From a virus (lineage: Duplodnaviria; Caudoviricetes): a DNA stretch of 51,976 nt. The stretch's first letter is position 1. Every line of letters begins with the position of its first letter. The position numbers and the translations under genes were made by a program. Location of the stretch: positions 1 to 51,976 of the IMG/VR virus record IMGVR_UViG_3300012909_000006. One strand, written 5' to 3'. The notes beneath the pieces were generated by a model. It ran no database searches. It was not told the origin of the DNA and was given only the letters and a program-made list of their open reading frames with translations. Of this stretch, positions 44,385-51,976 are shown piece after piece.

Positions 44385-44809
44385 AAAAATTTGATCACGC
44401 TACCCATGACGAAATCGTTTCTGGTCAGAAGTTCGATCTCGAACGTACCGTCATGATGTTTTCGATCGGTGAGTATCCGCGGCTGTATAGCAAGGCGCTG
44501 GCGACCGCTGTGATGTCGTGGCGCGCGCTCAAGATCAAGCCATCGACTGCGATCATCATTCATCTTGGTGGTTACGATAACGATCCGCGCGAGTTGTGGG
44601 ATATTCCACAGGCCCGCGAATTCATTCGTAAGTTTGCCGAGAGGACCGGCGCACACAAACATCCCGCCATCGATCCGACCTCGCGTGCGCTGTTGCTGGC
44701 GTGCGGCGCCGATCCGGAATTGAAGGTTAAGGTCGACATGATCACCGCTGAGGAAGCTACCGAACGTGATCTGGAATTTTTCAAGTCACGGCTCAAGGAA
44801 GTGCCATGA
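44381..44809 (+). CDS. Hypothetical protein
   Basis: ATGA overlaps; GYDNDPRELWDIP. Confidence 0.65.
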   Translation: MKKFDHATHDEIVSGQKFDLERTVMMFSIGEYPRLYSKALATAVMSWRALKIKPSTAIIIHLGGYDNDPRELWDIPQAREFIRKFAERTGAHKHPAIDPTSRALLLACGADPELKVKVDMITAEEATERDLEFFKSRLKEVP

Positions 44810-45102
44810 CAGAGGCAGAGCTGATCGATTTCACCAAGCTTGTAACCGAACGAACCCGCAAGGCATTCATGACGGTGGGGCAATTGATTGAGGACGACAC
44901 CGTGCGCGGGGCGATGTTGCTGGGAGTCGCTGCCGATTTCGTTCGCGGTGCTGCCGAGACGCTGCGGGATATAAAGCCTGAAATCACCGAAGACTTGGCG
45001 CTGAAAACCACCATCGCTCAGCTGATGCAGGTGCTTGAGATCATCGAGTTCGGCCCTGACGGAGCGAGGTTGAGAAAGGTCGCAAGCGGAGAACACAAGT
45101 GA
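44806..45102 (+). CDS. Hypothetical protein
   Basis: AAGGA RBS; overlaps neighbours. Confidence 0.6.
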   Translation: MTEAELIDFTKLVTERTRKAFMTVGQLIEDDTVRGAMLLGVAADFVRGAAETLRDIKPEITEDLALKTTIAQLMQVLEIIEFGPDGARLRKVASGEHK

Positions 45103-45351
45103 AGTGGGAGCGATCGAGAGCCTGGGAACGATCGGCCGCACTTCGCGCCATGAGTATCGACTATCGCTATCGAACCTCGATGCCGATCCGCGACATGCAC
45201 AACGATGGTCGCATTGTATTCTGGGTCGACATCTATGGCTGGACCGGCAGCGATGTCTGCATCATTCCGGGCGGCGACGAACCGACGATGAAAGCTGTGC
45301 TGCGGCTTGGGCTCGACCCGAACCGGTATCAAGCCATGATTTGGGATGCCG

Positions 45352-45636
45352 ATGTCACATCTAACCAAACTGCCAGGCGTACCAGATCGCGATAGCGTCA
45401 AGCCCGGCATGGCGCACTACGCCGGCTCCGGGCCCTACGGCAAAACCTGCGGGTCATGCAAATGGCGCGGCTATTTTCGCAAAGGCAAGGACAAGGTCAA
45501 CCCGCGCACGCATATGATTGAAAGCAAGCGGGTCAAGACCATGGGCTGCCGGGAATTTTTGAGACTGACGCATCGCCACGGTCCGGCAGTGTTCAGTGAA
45601 TGGCCGGCGTGTAAATTCTATAGCGAGGCAGAGTGA
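45352..45636 (+). CDS. Small Cys-containing hypothetical protein
   Basis: GMAHYAGSGPYGKTCGSC...ACKFY. Confidence 0.65.
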   Translation: MSHLTKLPGVPDRDSVKPGMAHYAGSGPYGKTCGSCKWRGYFRKGKDKVNPRTHMIESKRVKTMGCREFLRLTHRHGPAVFSEWPACKFYSEAE

Positions 45637-45827
45637 TGACAACTTTGAAGGTCAACGATCGCGTGATCGTCAAGGTGCCGTTCTCCGGCAGGGATGCCCG
45701 GCCGTTCACCGGCACCATTGTCGGCGAGGCCCGCGACGGCCACGCCTGGCAGATCGTCAAGGATGGCACCAAGTGGCCAAAGGGTATTCATAAAAGCTTT
45801 GTGGAGCCGGCCCATGAGCAAACGTAA
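45636..45827 (+). CDS. Small SH3/KOW-like hypothetical protein
   Basis: LKVNDRVIV...FTGTIV. Confidence 0.5.
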   Translation: MTTLKVNDRVIVKVPFSGRDARPFTGTIVGEARDGHAWQIVKDGTKWPKGIHKSFVEPAHEQT

Positions 45828-46140
45828 TCCATATGACAGCGACGGCTTCCGTCGTTGGGCCGATGACATGCGCAAGCGGCTGATCCCGCAGATGCGCGGA
45901 TCCGAACACGTCCTGATGATCGCGCCGAACATGGACGCGAAGTTCGATATCGAGTTTGCGGTGCAGATCGGTGCCGCCATCCTGCTGGAGAAGCCGCTGA
46001 TCCTGGTTGTGCATGCCGGACGTGTGGTGCCGCCCAAGCTGCTGGCGATTGCCGACAAGATCATTGAAGCGGATCTCAACGATGAGGCTGGGATCCAGGA
46101 ACAGATTCGAAAAGCCATGAATGATCTAGGACCGCAGTGA
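45814..46140 (+). CDS. Hypothetical protein (nucleoside deoxyribosyltransferase-like fold possible)
   Basis: VQIGAAILLEKPLILV motif. Confidence 0.6.
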   Translation: MSKRNPYDSDGFRRWADDMRKRLIPQMRGSEHVLMIAPNMDAKFDIEFAVQIGAAILLEKPLILVVHAGRVVPPKLLAIADKIIEADLNDEAGIQEQIRKAMNDLGPQ

Positions 46141-46397
46141 TGGGCGAGGACTGGGAACGGGACTATGTCGAGATGATCGAAGCACCCTGGACCGATGAGC
46201 AGGTCGAAAACCTGAACCGCTGGCAGCAATGCGGCTATGTGCATCCGTTTACTTGCGCCAACCATCATGAAGGCTCGCGCGATCTGATCGCACGCAACGA
46301 TGGCTGGCATTGCCCGACATGCCCTTACACTCAAACGTGGGCGCATGAGAGCATGATGCAGGGACCGCCGCCAAATCCTTTTGACAGGAGTCCATGA
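46140..46397 (+). CDS. Putative Zn-finger protein
   Basis: HPFTC...GWHCPTCPYTQTWAH. Confidence 0.65.
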   Translation: MGEDWERDYVEMIEAPWTDEQVENLNRWQQCGYVHPFTCANHHEGSRDLIARNDGWHCPTCPYTQTWAHESMMQGPPPNPFDRSP

Positions 46398-46690
46398 TGC
46401 ATACCAAGGACAAGCTCGCCGATGCATTGGCCGCAATCGGCCTCACCGAGATGGCCGAACAGGCGCGCACCGGATATTACCACGACTTCCTTTCGCCGCT
46501 GCCGTTGCCGGAGATCCAGCTGGCGGAAGATCTGCTGCAGGCCTCGATGATCAAGCCGGACATCCGGGATGATATCCTTGAGCTGCGCGAGCGTGTGATC
46601 TGCGGCGACTTTGATGCCTCGACGGAGGAATCTGAGGAATGGGCGGCCAGCGCTGAGGGCCAGGAAACGTTCAGGAAGTTGGTTAAGTAG
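46394..46690 (+). CDS. Hypothetical protein
   Basis: AGGAG RBS; ARTGYYHDFLS...GDFDA..EES.EWA. Confidence 0.7.
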   Translation: MMHTKDKLADALAAIGLTEMAEQARTGYYHDFLSPLPLPEIQLAEDLLQASMIKPDIRDDILELRERVICGDFDASTEESEEWAASAEGQETFRKLVK

Positions 46691-46894
46691 TTGAGCGGGC
46701 CAGTGATCAAGGACGATGTCGAACGCGCCCTACGTTTTGTGGCGCATCTCATCGTAGATCGCGGCATGGTTGAATATCTGCCATTACTGGAACGGATAGA
46801 ACGAGACTATCGCAAATTCGAAACGGGAGAAATGCGCGATCCTATTGCAAAGGCTCGCGCTGTTCTCGATGCACTGGATCAGAAGGCAAGTTGA
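46691..46894 (+). CDS. Hypothetical protein at the excisionase position
   Basis: Last gene of the operon, converging on the integrase. Confidence 0.45.
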   Translation: MSGPVIKDDVERALRFVAHLIVDRGMVEYLPLLERIERDYRKFETGEMRDPIAKARAVLDALDQKAS

Positions 46895-48222
46895 TTCATG
46901 ACCGGCAAGGTGAAATCAACATCTTTGAATCCATAGTCTTCCTTTTTAGGATTGTGCCCCATCAGGTAATCGATGGTTTCCTGATGCGTGCCTTTGGTGC
47001 GCAGCAAGCGGTCCTTGAAGGTGTGCCGCAGGCAATACAGTGTTTTCTTTTCTTCATCCGGCACATCCGGCTGCAGGCCACGCAGCCAGTTATTGATTTG
47101 CAGCCGAACATATTCGTGGTTCTCGCGGAATTGCGGGAAGCCATTTGGATTGCGCTTCATCGCTTCAAGCGCGACACCAACCAACGGGATCTTACGTTCT
47201 GAGAATTTGTTCTTGATTGCCCGACCGTTGCCGGCGCGGATATCCAGATAGGGAATGTCCGTATCGATGTGAACGTCATCGTTTGGCGTGCGGATGATTT
47301 CTGATGGACGTGCGCCCGTGTCGATGCAAACCAGCACAAGGTCATGGATTTTTGAATCAAGATCGTTCGGCTTTGCCAGCATTCGCTGGCGCACAAAGTC
47401 GATAGCAAACGGCATGCGCTTGCCTTGTGCCTGATCAAATGGATTTTTGCGGTGGTACAGCTGAATCGGTTTGCCATCTGGTCGCATCAATTGACGTTCG
47501 TCGACAACGTCGCGCACCATTTTAGTCAGGAAGGCGAATTGCTGGCGCGCTGTTTCCATGCCCTTGCCTTCTTCCTCAATGTACTCCATGCAATCGTCAA
47601 CGAACTGGCGACCGTCGGCCGAAGTCAACGTTGCAATGTCTTTGTCGCCAATCGATGTGATTAGCCGAGCGACCGCAAGGTTGCGGACTTGTCGCCAGCG
47701 GGCGAGTTCAGGTTTACCTTTCTTGTCCGCAGTCAATGTTTTTCGTATCTGGGGGATGACCTCAAAAGCCTCTCGCAGTTCTGACAACAAAACCGTCTTC
47801 TCGGGTGGGGGGTCGCCACCGAGTGCACCGCGGATATCATCTATGTTGGTTGGGTCACCCTTCGGCTGTTCCGCAGCCAGGACATTGATGCGAGGATAAA
47901 ACTGCGCATCGGGCAGCTTCATAACATCCTCTCGCGACAGATACTGGAGACCCATCCTCATGGCGGCCTTTATGCCTGCCTGCAAATCCCGATAGGCGTC
48001 GGCGGTGGTCCGGCCACGCAATAGATCTGCCCAGTAGTGATTTTGTTCTTGGTCAATACGCGCAGCGATACGGCCGGCCCGCCTACCGTGTTCGTCATCG
48101 TCAACCATGATTTTGGTGGTCCGGCGAACGATGCCTCTCTTGTCGAGATGGGCAACGTCGGTGGGGACTCGACGGTTGTAATACCACCAGCCGCTGAGCT
48201 GGATCAGATGATTGCGGGCCAT
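46879..48222 (-). CDS. int: Tyrosine integrase
   Basis: TGARPSEI (R), IKN (K), YCLRH, LMGH, DYG (Y); N-terminal YYNRRVP arm-binding-type domain; GGAAGG RBS before ATG 48222. Confidence 0.92.
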   Translation of the reverse strand: MARNHLIQLSGWWYYNRRVPTDVAHLDKRGIVRRTTKIMVDDDEHGRRAGRIAARIDQEQNHYWADLLRGRTTADAYRDLQAGIKAAMRMGLQYLSREDVMKLPDAQFYPRINVLAAEQPKGDPTNIDDIRGALGGDPPPEKTVLLSELREAFEVIPQIRKTLTADKKGKPELARWRQVRNLAVARLITSIGDKDIATLTSADGRQFVDDCMEYIEEEGKGMETARQQFAFLTKMVRDVVDERQLMRPDGKPIQLYHRKNPFDQAQGKRMPFAIDFVRQRMLAKPNDLDSKIHDLVLVCIDTGARPSEIIRTPNDDVHIDTDIPYLDIRAGNGRAIKNKFSERKIPLVGVALEAMKRNPNGFPQFRENHEYVRLQINNWLRGLQPDVPDEEKKTLYCLRHTFKDRLLRTKGTHQETIDYLMGHNPKKEDYGFKDVDFTLPVMNQLAF

Positions 48223-48294
48223 TGACCTTCCGTTTTCAAAATTATTTTGAAACCAGAACATGGCAGCGAATCGTCGAAATCACAAGAGGTTTGG

Positions 48295-48500
48295 ATAAAG
48301 AAATGTGTGCAGATGTGTGTGAGGCATATTGTTGATAACACTACACATTATTGATTTTATTGAAGAAATTGCCAGGTTCTCACGCCACCTTCTGTGGCAC
48401 CGGCCGCTTTTTTCAAACCGTTTTTTCCTTTATTTTCAGTCACTTATTAGATTGCCTCGATGACTGTGTGTGCAGAATTGTGTTTGGATCTGTGTGTAAA
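48295..48500. other. Candidate intact attP
   Basis: AT-rich non-coding stretch next to int; TGTGTGCAGA and TGTGTGT repeats on both sides (about 48304-48320 and 48465-48497) of a short GC-richer core near 48384-48402. Confidence 0.55.
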
Positions 48501-48579
48501 AATTCTTTTGATTTTTCTTCTGCTTTGAGGCTGTCATTGAATTGAACGGGGGTGCATGCGCAAGAGGGAGAATCGGTCA

Positions 48580-48912
48580 ATGGCCACCGATAACACCGCC
48601 CAGATGTTCATCGACGGCGCCATGATGCAGCTCAGCGAGACGCCGGAACAAAACCCATGGGCCCGCATCAGCGAGATCGCTGCCCAGCTCGGCGTCAGGC
48701 CGGCCCAGCCGGGCAAGGCGACCATCCTGGCGCCCGGCGCTGACGGTGAGGCCTATGACGTCTGGGAAGTCTGTAGCGCCTTCCTGGCGCGGATGGACCT
48801 GGTAGCCCGCCTCGACCGGGTGGACGCCGCCCTGGCCGGCCAGCTCAGTCGGTCGATGACCGAGAATGCCCGGCTCAAGATCGAGCTGGCCAAAACACGT
48901 CAATCTACTTGA
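48580..48912 (+). CDS. Hypothetical protein
   Basis: GGGAG RBS; coding-like codon usage. Confidence 0.6.
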   Translation: MATDNTAQMFIDGAMMQLSETPEQNPWARISEIAAQLGVRPAQPGKATILAPGADGEAYDVWEVCSAFLARMDLVARLDRVDAALAGQLSRSMTENARLKIELAKTRQST

Positions 48913-49312
48913 CCTTATAGATCTTCCCGAGCGCGAGACCGGCCGTCACGATCGCCTTGCGGATATTTTTGTACTGCCGAGATTTCAGGCGCGCGGCGAT
49001 GTAATCCGTGTTGCGTGCATAGCGACGGTGGCGCGGCTCAGCGAGGATCCCGACATTGCACAGCGTTCTGACCGCCCGGCGGACGTTGGTCGGCGGGATG
49101 CCTGTTTCTTTGGCTATCTCGTTGACTGGTTTTGGATTGAGCATCGAATCCTCGCGCCACAGCACAAAGGCGACGATCAGCTGCTCGTACACGGCACCGG
49201 GGTGCTTATTCTTATCACCATAGTCTTCGTGCATGTTTTTTATCACCGTCAGCATCATTGTTGAAACAATAACCGATTGCTGAATGAGGTCGTTCAACTC
49301 TTTAGCTGGCAT
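48905..49312 (-). CDS. Winged-HTH regulator
   Basis: VNEIAKETGIPPTNVRRAVRTL...G; GGAGG RBS. Confidence 0.7.
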   Translation of the reverse strand: MPAKELNDLIQQSVIVSTMMLTVIKNMHEDYGDKNKHPGAVYEQLIVAFVLWREDSMLNPKPVNEIAKETGIPPTNVRRAVRTLCNVGILAEPRHRRYARNTDYIAARLKSRQYKNIRKAIVTAGLALGKIYKVK

Positions 49313-49530
49313 TCCATCCTCCCGACGCGCGTTTGATCTACGCGTTGCATTCACGATCACTTCACGATGGGATAACGCTGTTCATTTTCGCCGGCTTATG
49401 TTCGGTTGCCGACTTTTCCTTGTCCCTGTCAGGTTACCAGCTACCAAAATTATTTTGAAGTCGAGCAACCTTCATGGTACTCATTACGTTGATCATACCT
49501 TCTCCTGGTGTCTGATCTAAATCAAAACCT

Positions 49531-49863
49531 TTGGGGAGAATTGCGCCGGTGGCCTCGTCATCCCCAAAGAAAGCGGGCCATGCCCGTTCGCGGACGCTTG
49601 AGTTCGACAAGGTTGTAGGCGCCAGGCTGCGCGCCTACCGGAAAGAACTCGGTCTGTCGCAGCCCAAGTTCGCCATCAAGCTGGCGATCAGTCCGCAGCA
49701 GCTACAAAAGTATGAGACCGGCGTTAACAAACTCTCATTCGGCCGGGCCATCGAGGTGGCTGATTTGTTGGGTATCAGCCTGGCTGAACTCGGCGGCCTG
49801 GGTGAGATGCCGCGATCGACGAATGGCAAACCGGTCCGGATGTCGAAGCGGCCGACCAATTAG
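49531..49863 (+). CDS. XRE-family regulator
   Basis: VGARLRAYRKELGLSQ...ISPQQLQKYETGVN; start uncertain. Confidence 0.8.
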   Translation: MGRIAPVASSSPKKAGHARSRTLEFDKVVGARLRAYRKELGLSQPKFAIKLAISPQQLQKYETGVNKLSFGRAIEVADLLGISLAELGGLGEMPRSTNGKPVRMSKRPTN

Positions 49864-49880
49864 GTCTGGCATACTGCCCC

Positions 49881-49909
49881 TTGACGTAATACGTATCATG
49901 CTCTATATT
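49881..49909 (+). promoter_or_regulatory. Sigma70 promoter related to the cassette promoters
   Basis: TTGACG-17 nt-TATATT; first 16 nt match P8 at 15 of 16 positions. Confidence 0.7.
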
Positions 49910-49950
49910 CCCTCACAGCATTCAAGCTTTTGAAAAGGAAGATATTTACC

Positions 49951-50256
49951 ATGGCTAGAAGTCGAAGCGACCATCCCGGCAAGGTACTGCTGGAAGATTA
50001 CATGACCCCGTTCAACCTGTCGGCCAACGCCCTGGCACGGGAACTGGGAGTGCCGCCCAACCGAATCAGTTCAATCGTCAACGGCTCCCGTTCGATCACC
50101 GCCGACAGCGCGCTGCGCCTGGCGCGGTACTTCCGGACCACGCCGGAATTCTGGCTGCACATGCAGAACGATTACGAGCTGGCGGTGGCGCGTGCCGAAG
50201 CCGGCAAGCAGATCACCGCCGACGTCCGGCCGTCCAAGGAAGTCGAAGCGGCGTAG
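49951..50256 (+). CDS. higA: HigA-family antitoxin/regulator (orphan)
   Basis: HPGKVLLEDY...SANALARELGVPPNRISSIVNG.RSITADSALRLARYF.TTPEFWL.MQ..Y. Confidence 0.9.
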   Translation: MARSRSDHPGKVLLEDYMTPFNLSANALARELGVPPNRISSIVNGSRSITADSALRLARYFRTTPEFWLHMQNDYELAVARAEAGKQITADVRPSKEVEAA

Positions 50257-50325
50257 TTGGCGCCTCACCTGCGCGACGACAAAGACCCCAGCCCCCTTGT
50301 AGTGGTGCGGGGAGGCTGACCAGAA

Positions 50326-50366
50326 GGGCCACGCTCTTGAATGGAGCGTGGTCCTTTTGGTTTTTT
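50326..50366. terminator. Terminator between convergent genes
   Basis: CCACGCTC-7 nt-GAGCGTGG followed by T-rich sequence. Confidence 0.6.
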
Positions 50367-50769
50367 AAGCGCCCAGTGAGCGCGCCAGGGCCAGCACGGC
50401 CTTGGCTTCGGGCGGCTGCAATTTCATCATCGCCTCGATAATCGCGAGTCCGTCATGCGTTGCCAGATAGGCCGAGACCTTTGATAGTTGCGGTGCCTTG
50501 CCGTTGCCGTTGTCCAGGTCACCCATGAAATATTCCATGTCGGTTTTCAGGATGCCGCAGATCTGATGTAGCCGGGCGGCGCCGACCCGGTTGACGCCCT
50601 TCTCATACTTCTGAACCTGCTGAAAACTGACGCCGAGTTCCTTGCCGAGCACATCCTGGCTGATGTGCATTTCCATGCGTTTAGTGCGGATTCGGTGCCC
50701 GATCAGGGTATCGATCTGGGTTGTCCCGCGCTTAGTTTTGAGTGTGACTGCTTTCTTGCGTGGCGCCAT
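50365..50769 (-). CDS. XRE regulator, PraR/PhrR-like
   Basis: IDTLIGHRIR..R....ISQ..LG..LGVSFQQVQKYEKGVNRVGAARL. Confidence 0.85.
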   Translation of the reverse strand: MAPRKKAVTLKTKRGTTQIDTLIGHRIRTKRMEMHISQDVLGKELGVSFQQVQKYEKGVNRVGAARLHQICGILKTDMEYFMGDLDNGNGKAPQLSKVSAYLATHDGLAIIEAMMKLQPPEAKAVLALARSLGA

Positions 50770-50774
50770 TTGAT

Positions 50775-51158
50775 TCACTTCTCCCAACTTTTTCCGGTCC
50801 ATTTTCGTCTGGTATTCGGCTTGCTATGGCCATTGGATTTCTTAGTTGGCTTGTTTGCTTTCGCTTCTTCTTGACGCTTTTCCAGCCATGCTCTGCCGGA
50901 CTTGCGTTCCTTTTCGACATCGATCGCGTGATCTTTGACAAATTCTTCCTTGTAACCCAGCGACGTGATGACCGCCGCGATGGTGGCGTGCTGTGGCGAG
51001 CGTGTCTTTCCGTTGAACCAATTGTCCAAAGTTGTTGTCGAAACGCCGCTGATTTCATGGACGATGCCGAGCTTCTTTATGAGGCCTTCGTCCTGAACAA
51101 GCGTGCGGACTTTGTCGATGACCGGATTCTTATCGATCATATTGTAGGTGCGGTACAT
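50775..51158 (-). CDS. XRE-like HTH protein with basic tail
   Basis: ISGVSTTTLDNWFNGKTRSPQHATI. Confidence 0.7.
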   Translation of the reverse strand: MYRTYNMIDKNPVIDKVRTLVQDEGLIKKLGIVHEISGVSTTTLDNWFNGKTRSPQHATIAAVITSLGYKEEFVKDHAIDVEKERKSGRAWLEKRQEEAKANKPTKKSNGHSKPNTRRKWTGKSWEK

Positions 51159-51171
51159 CCGCAGCACGCCC

Positions 51172-51843
51172 CTAACCATTGGCTGCTGCCTCCGGTGCTG
51201 TTTCGATCTTCATGCCTTTGGCAGTCAACTCGTAACCGGCGCCGTTCTTTCTGATGAGGGCTGCCTTGCGGGCGCGATCAAGCACGCCGGAGATCGACTT
51301 CGGTGACATGCCTTTTTCAGCCATGTGATTGCGCAATTCGATTGGCGCCTTCGGACCGTCGGCCAACAGCTCGCGCAATACGATGTTGCCGGATCCAGGA
51401 ACGGCGCGTCCCTTCGGAGCGGACTTGCCCTTGGCCGCCTTTGCTGGCTTCGCTGGTGCCGGCAATGCCAGGGTGGCGCCGAACTGTGCGCGCGCCTTGG
51501 ATGTCAGTTGCCAGACACCCTTACTGCTGCCGCGCTCGACCACGCCCTCCTTGCTCAGCTTGCTGGTCGCCGTATAGAAACTGGATTTCTTGCCGCCGAT
51601 CGTCGCGGCCAGTTCGTTGAGATGCTTCGGCCCGTTCATCAACATCTTGACGACTTGCTGCGCCTGGGTGCCCCGATCGGATTTGGCCGCGGCATCTTCA
51701 AGTTGCTTGCGGCCGGCGCCAAGGCCACCTTCACCGAGATCCAGCTTGAAATCAACCACACCGGGCATGTCATTGATTCTACGCACGCATGTTCCGAGCG
51801 CGAGTTCTTCCACCTTGATGATGATTGTGAAAAAGTTTGGCAT
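51172..51843 (-). CDS. Double winged-helix DNA-binding protein
   Basis: Two repeats of L..GPK...EL....G.......L...G.......G.(W/Y).LT.K joined by a Lys/Ala linker. Confidence 0.65.
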   Translation of the reverse strand: MPNFFTIIIKVEELALGTCVRRINDMPGVVDFKLDLGEGGLGAGRKQLEDAAAKSDRGTQAQQVVKMLMNGPKHLNELAATIGGKKSSFYTATSKLSKEGVVERGSSKGVWQLTSKARAQFGATLALPAPAKPAKAAKGKSAPKGRAVPGSGNIVLRELLADGPKAPIELRNHMAEKGMSPKSISGVLDRARKAALIRKNGAGYELTAKGMKIETAPEAAANG

Positions 51844-51976
51844 TACGCGAGCCCTCTATCTACAGGTCATAGAAGGCTAGTTGACACTTTTGCGGTTGTA
51901 TAGGGTCTAAGTGCACCTATAACAAAATTATTTTGGGATGCTCAAAACAAATTTGCCACATTGTCCCAAAAGGCAA

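Larger units (their letters stand above)
1..51976. mobile_element. Temperate myovirus (HK97-type head, Mu-like contractile tail) of an Alphaproteobacterium; partial genome
   Basis: Continuous phage modules (head, tail, replication, CI/Cro switch, integrase); no host housekeeping genes in the window. Confidence 0.93.

Noticed and set aside
48370-48410. tRNA gene at the att site
   Set aside because: No cloverleaf or GTTCRA T-loop could be built; only a GGCACC ending.
49864-49950. HigB toxin upstream of higA
   Set aside because: The gap is under 90 bp and holds a promoter; the upstream ORF is an XRE regulator.
1-51976. Diversity-generating retroelement, lysis cassette, rRNA or tRNA genes
   Set aside because: No reverse transcriptase, TR/VR pair, recognisable endolysin or structural RNA gene was seen; lysis and tail-fibre genes probably lie outside the window.

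Overview
The whole 52 kb window looks like part of one temperate, contractile-tailed phage of an Alphaproteobacterium. A Rhizobiales-like host is inferred from GcrA-like and PraR-like genes and high GC. 1-18.4 kb (minus strand) is a morphogenesis module: terminase large subunit, HK97-type portal, protease and capsid, neck genes, and a Mu-like tail (sheath, tube, frameshifted chaperone, tape measure, DNA-circularization protein, hub). Its outer-shell proteins are unusually Cys-rich. 18.4-20.9 kb is an opposite-strand moron of four envelope-targeted genes ending in a secreted thermonuclease. 21.3-29.8 kb is a compositionally distinct island bounded by short-repeat arrays. It holds a small-terminase-like gene and eight tandem promoter-gene(s)-terminator cassettes that share one promoter/operator repeat and carry ArdC and other plasmid-leading-region-type genes. 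This island is the most interesting structure in the window. 29.7-40.6 kb holds replication and early genes (primase-helicase with a probable origin, SSB-like, Cas4-like nuclease, standalone sigma-4 protein, VRR-NUC, TSCPD, GcrA, Cro). 40.6-48.5 kb holds a CI/Cro switch with palindromic operators, a plus-strand run of small ORFs, a tyrosine integrase and an apparently intact attP. 48.5-52 kb is a cluster of HTH regulators including an orphan HigA-like and a PraR-like XRE. All product calls come from motif and synteny recognition by eye; no searches were run, and counts are manual.
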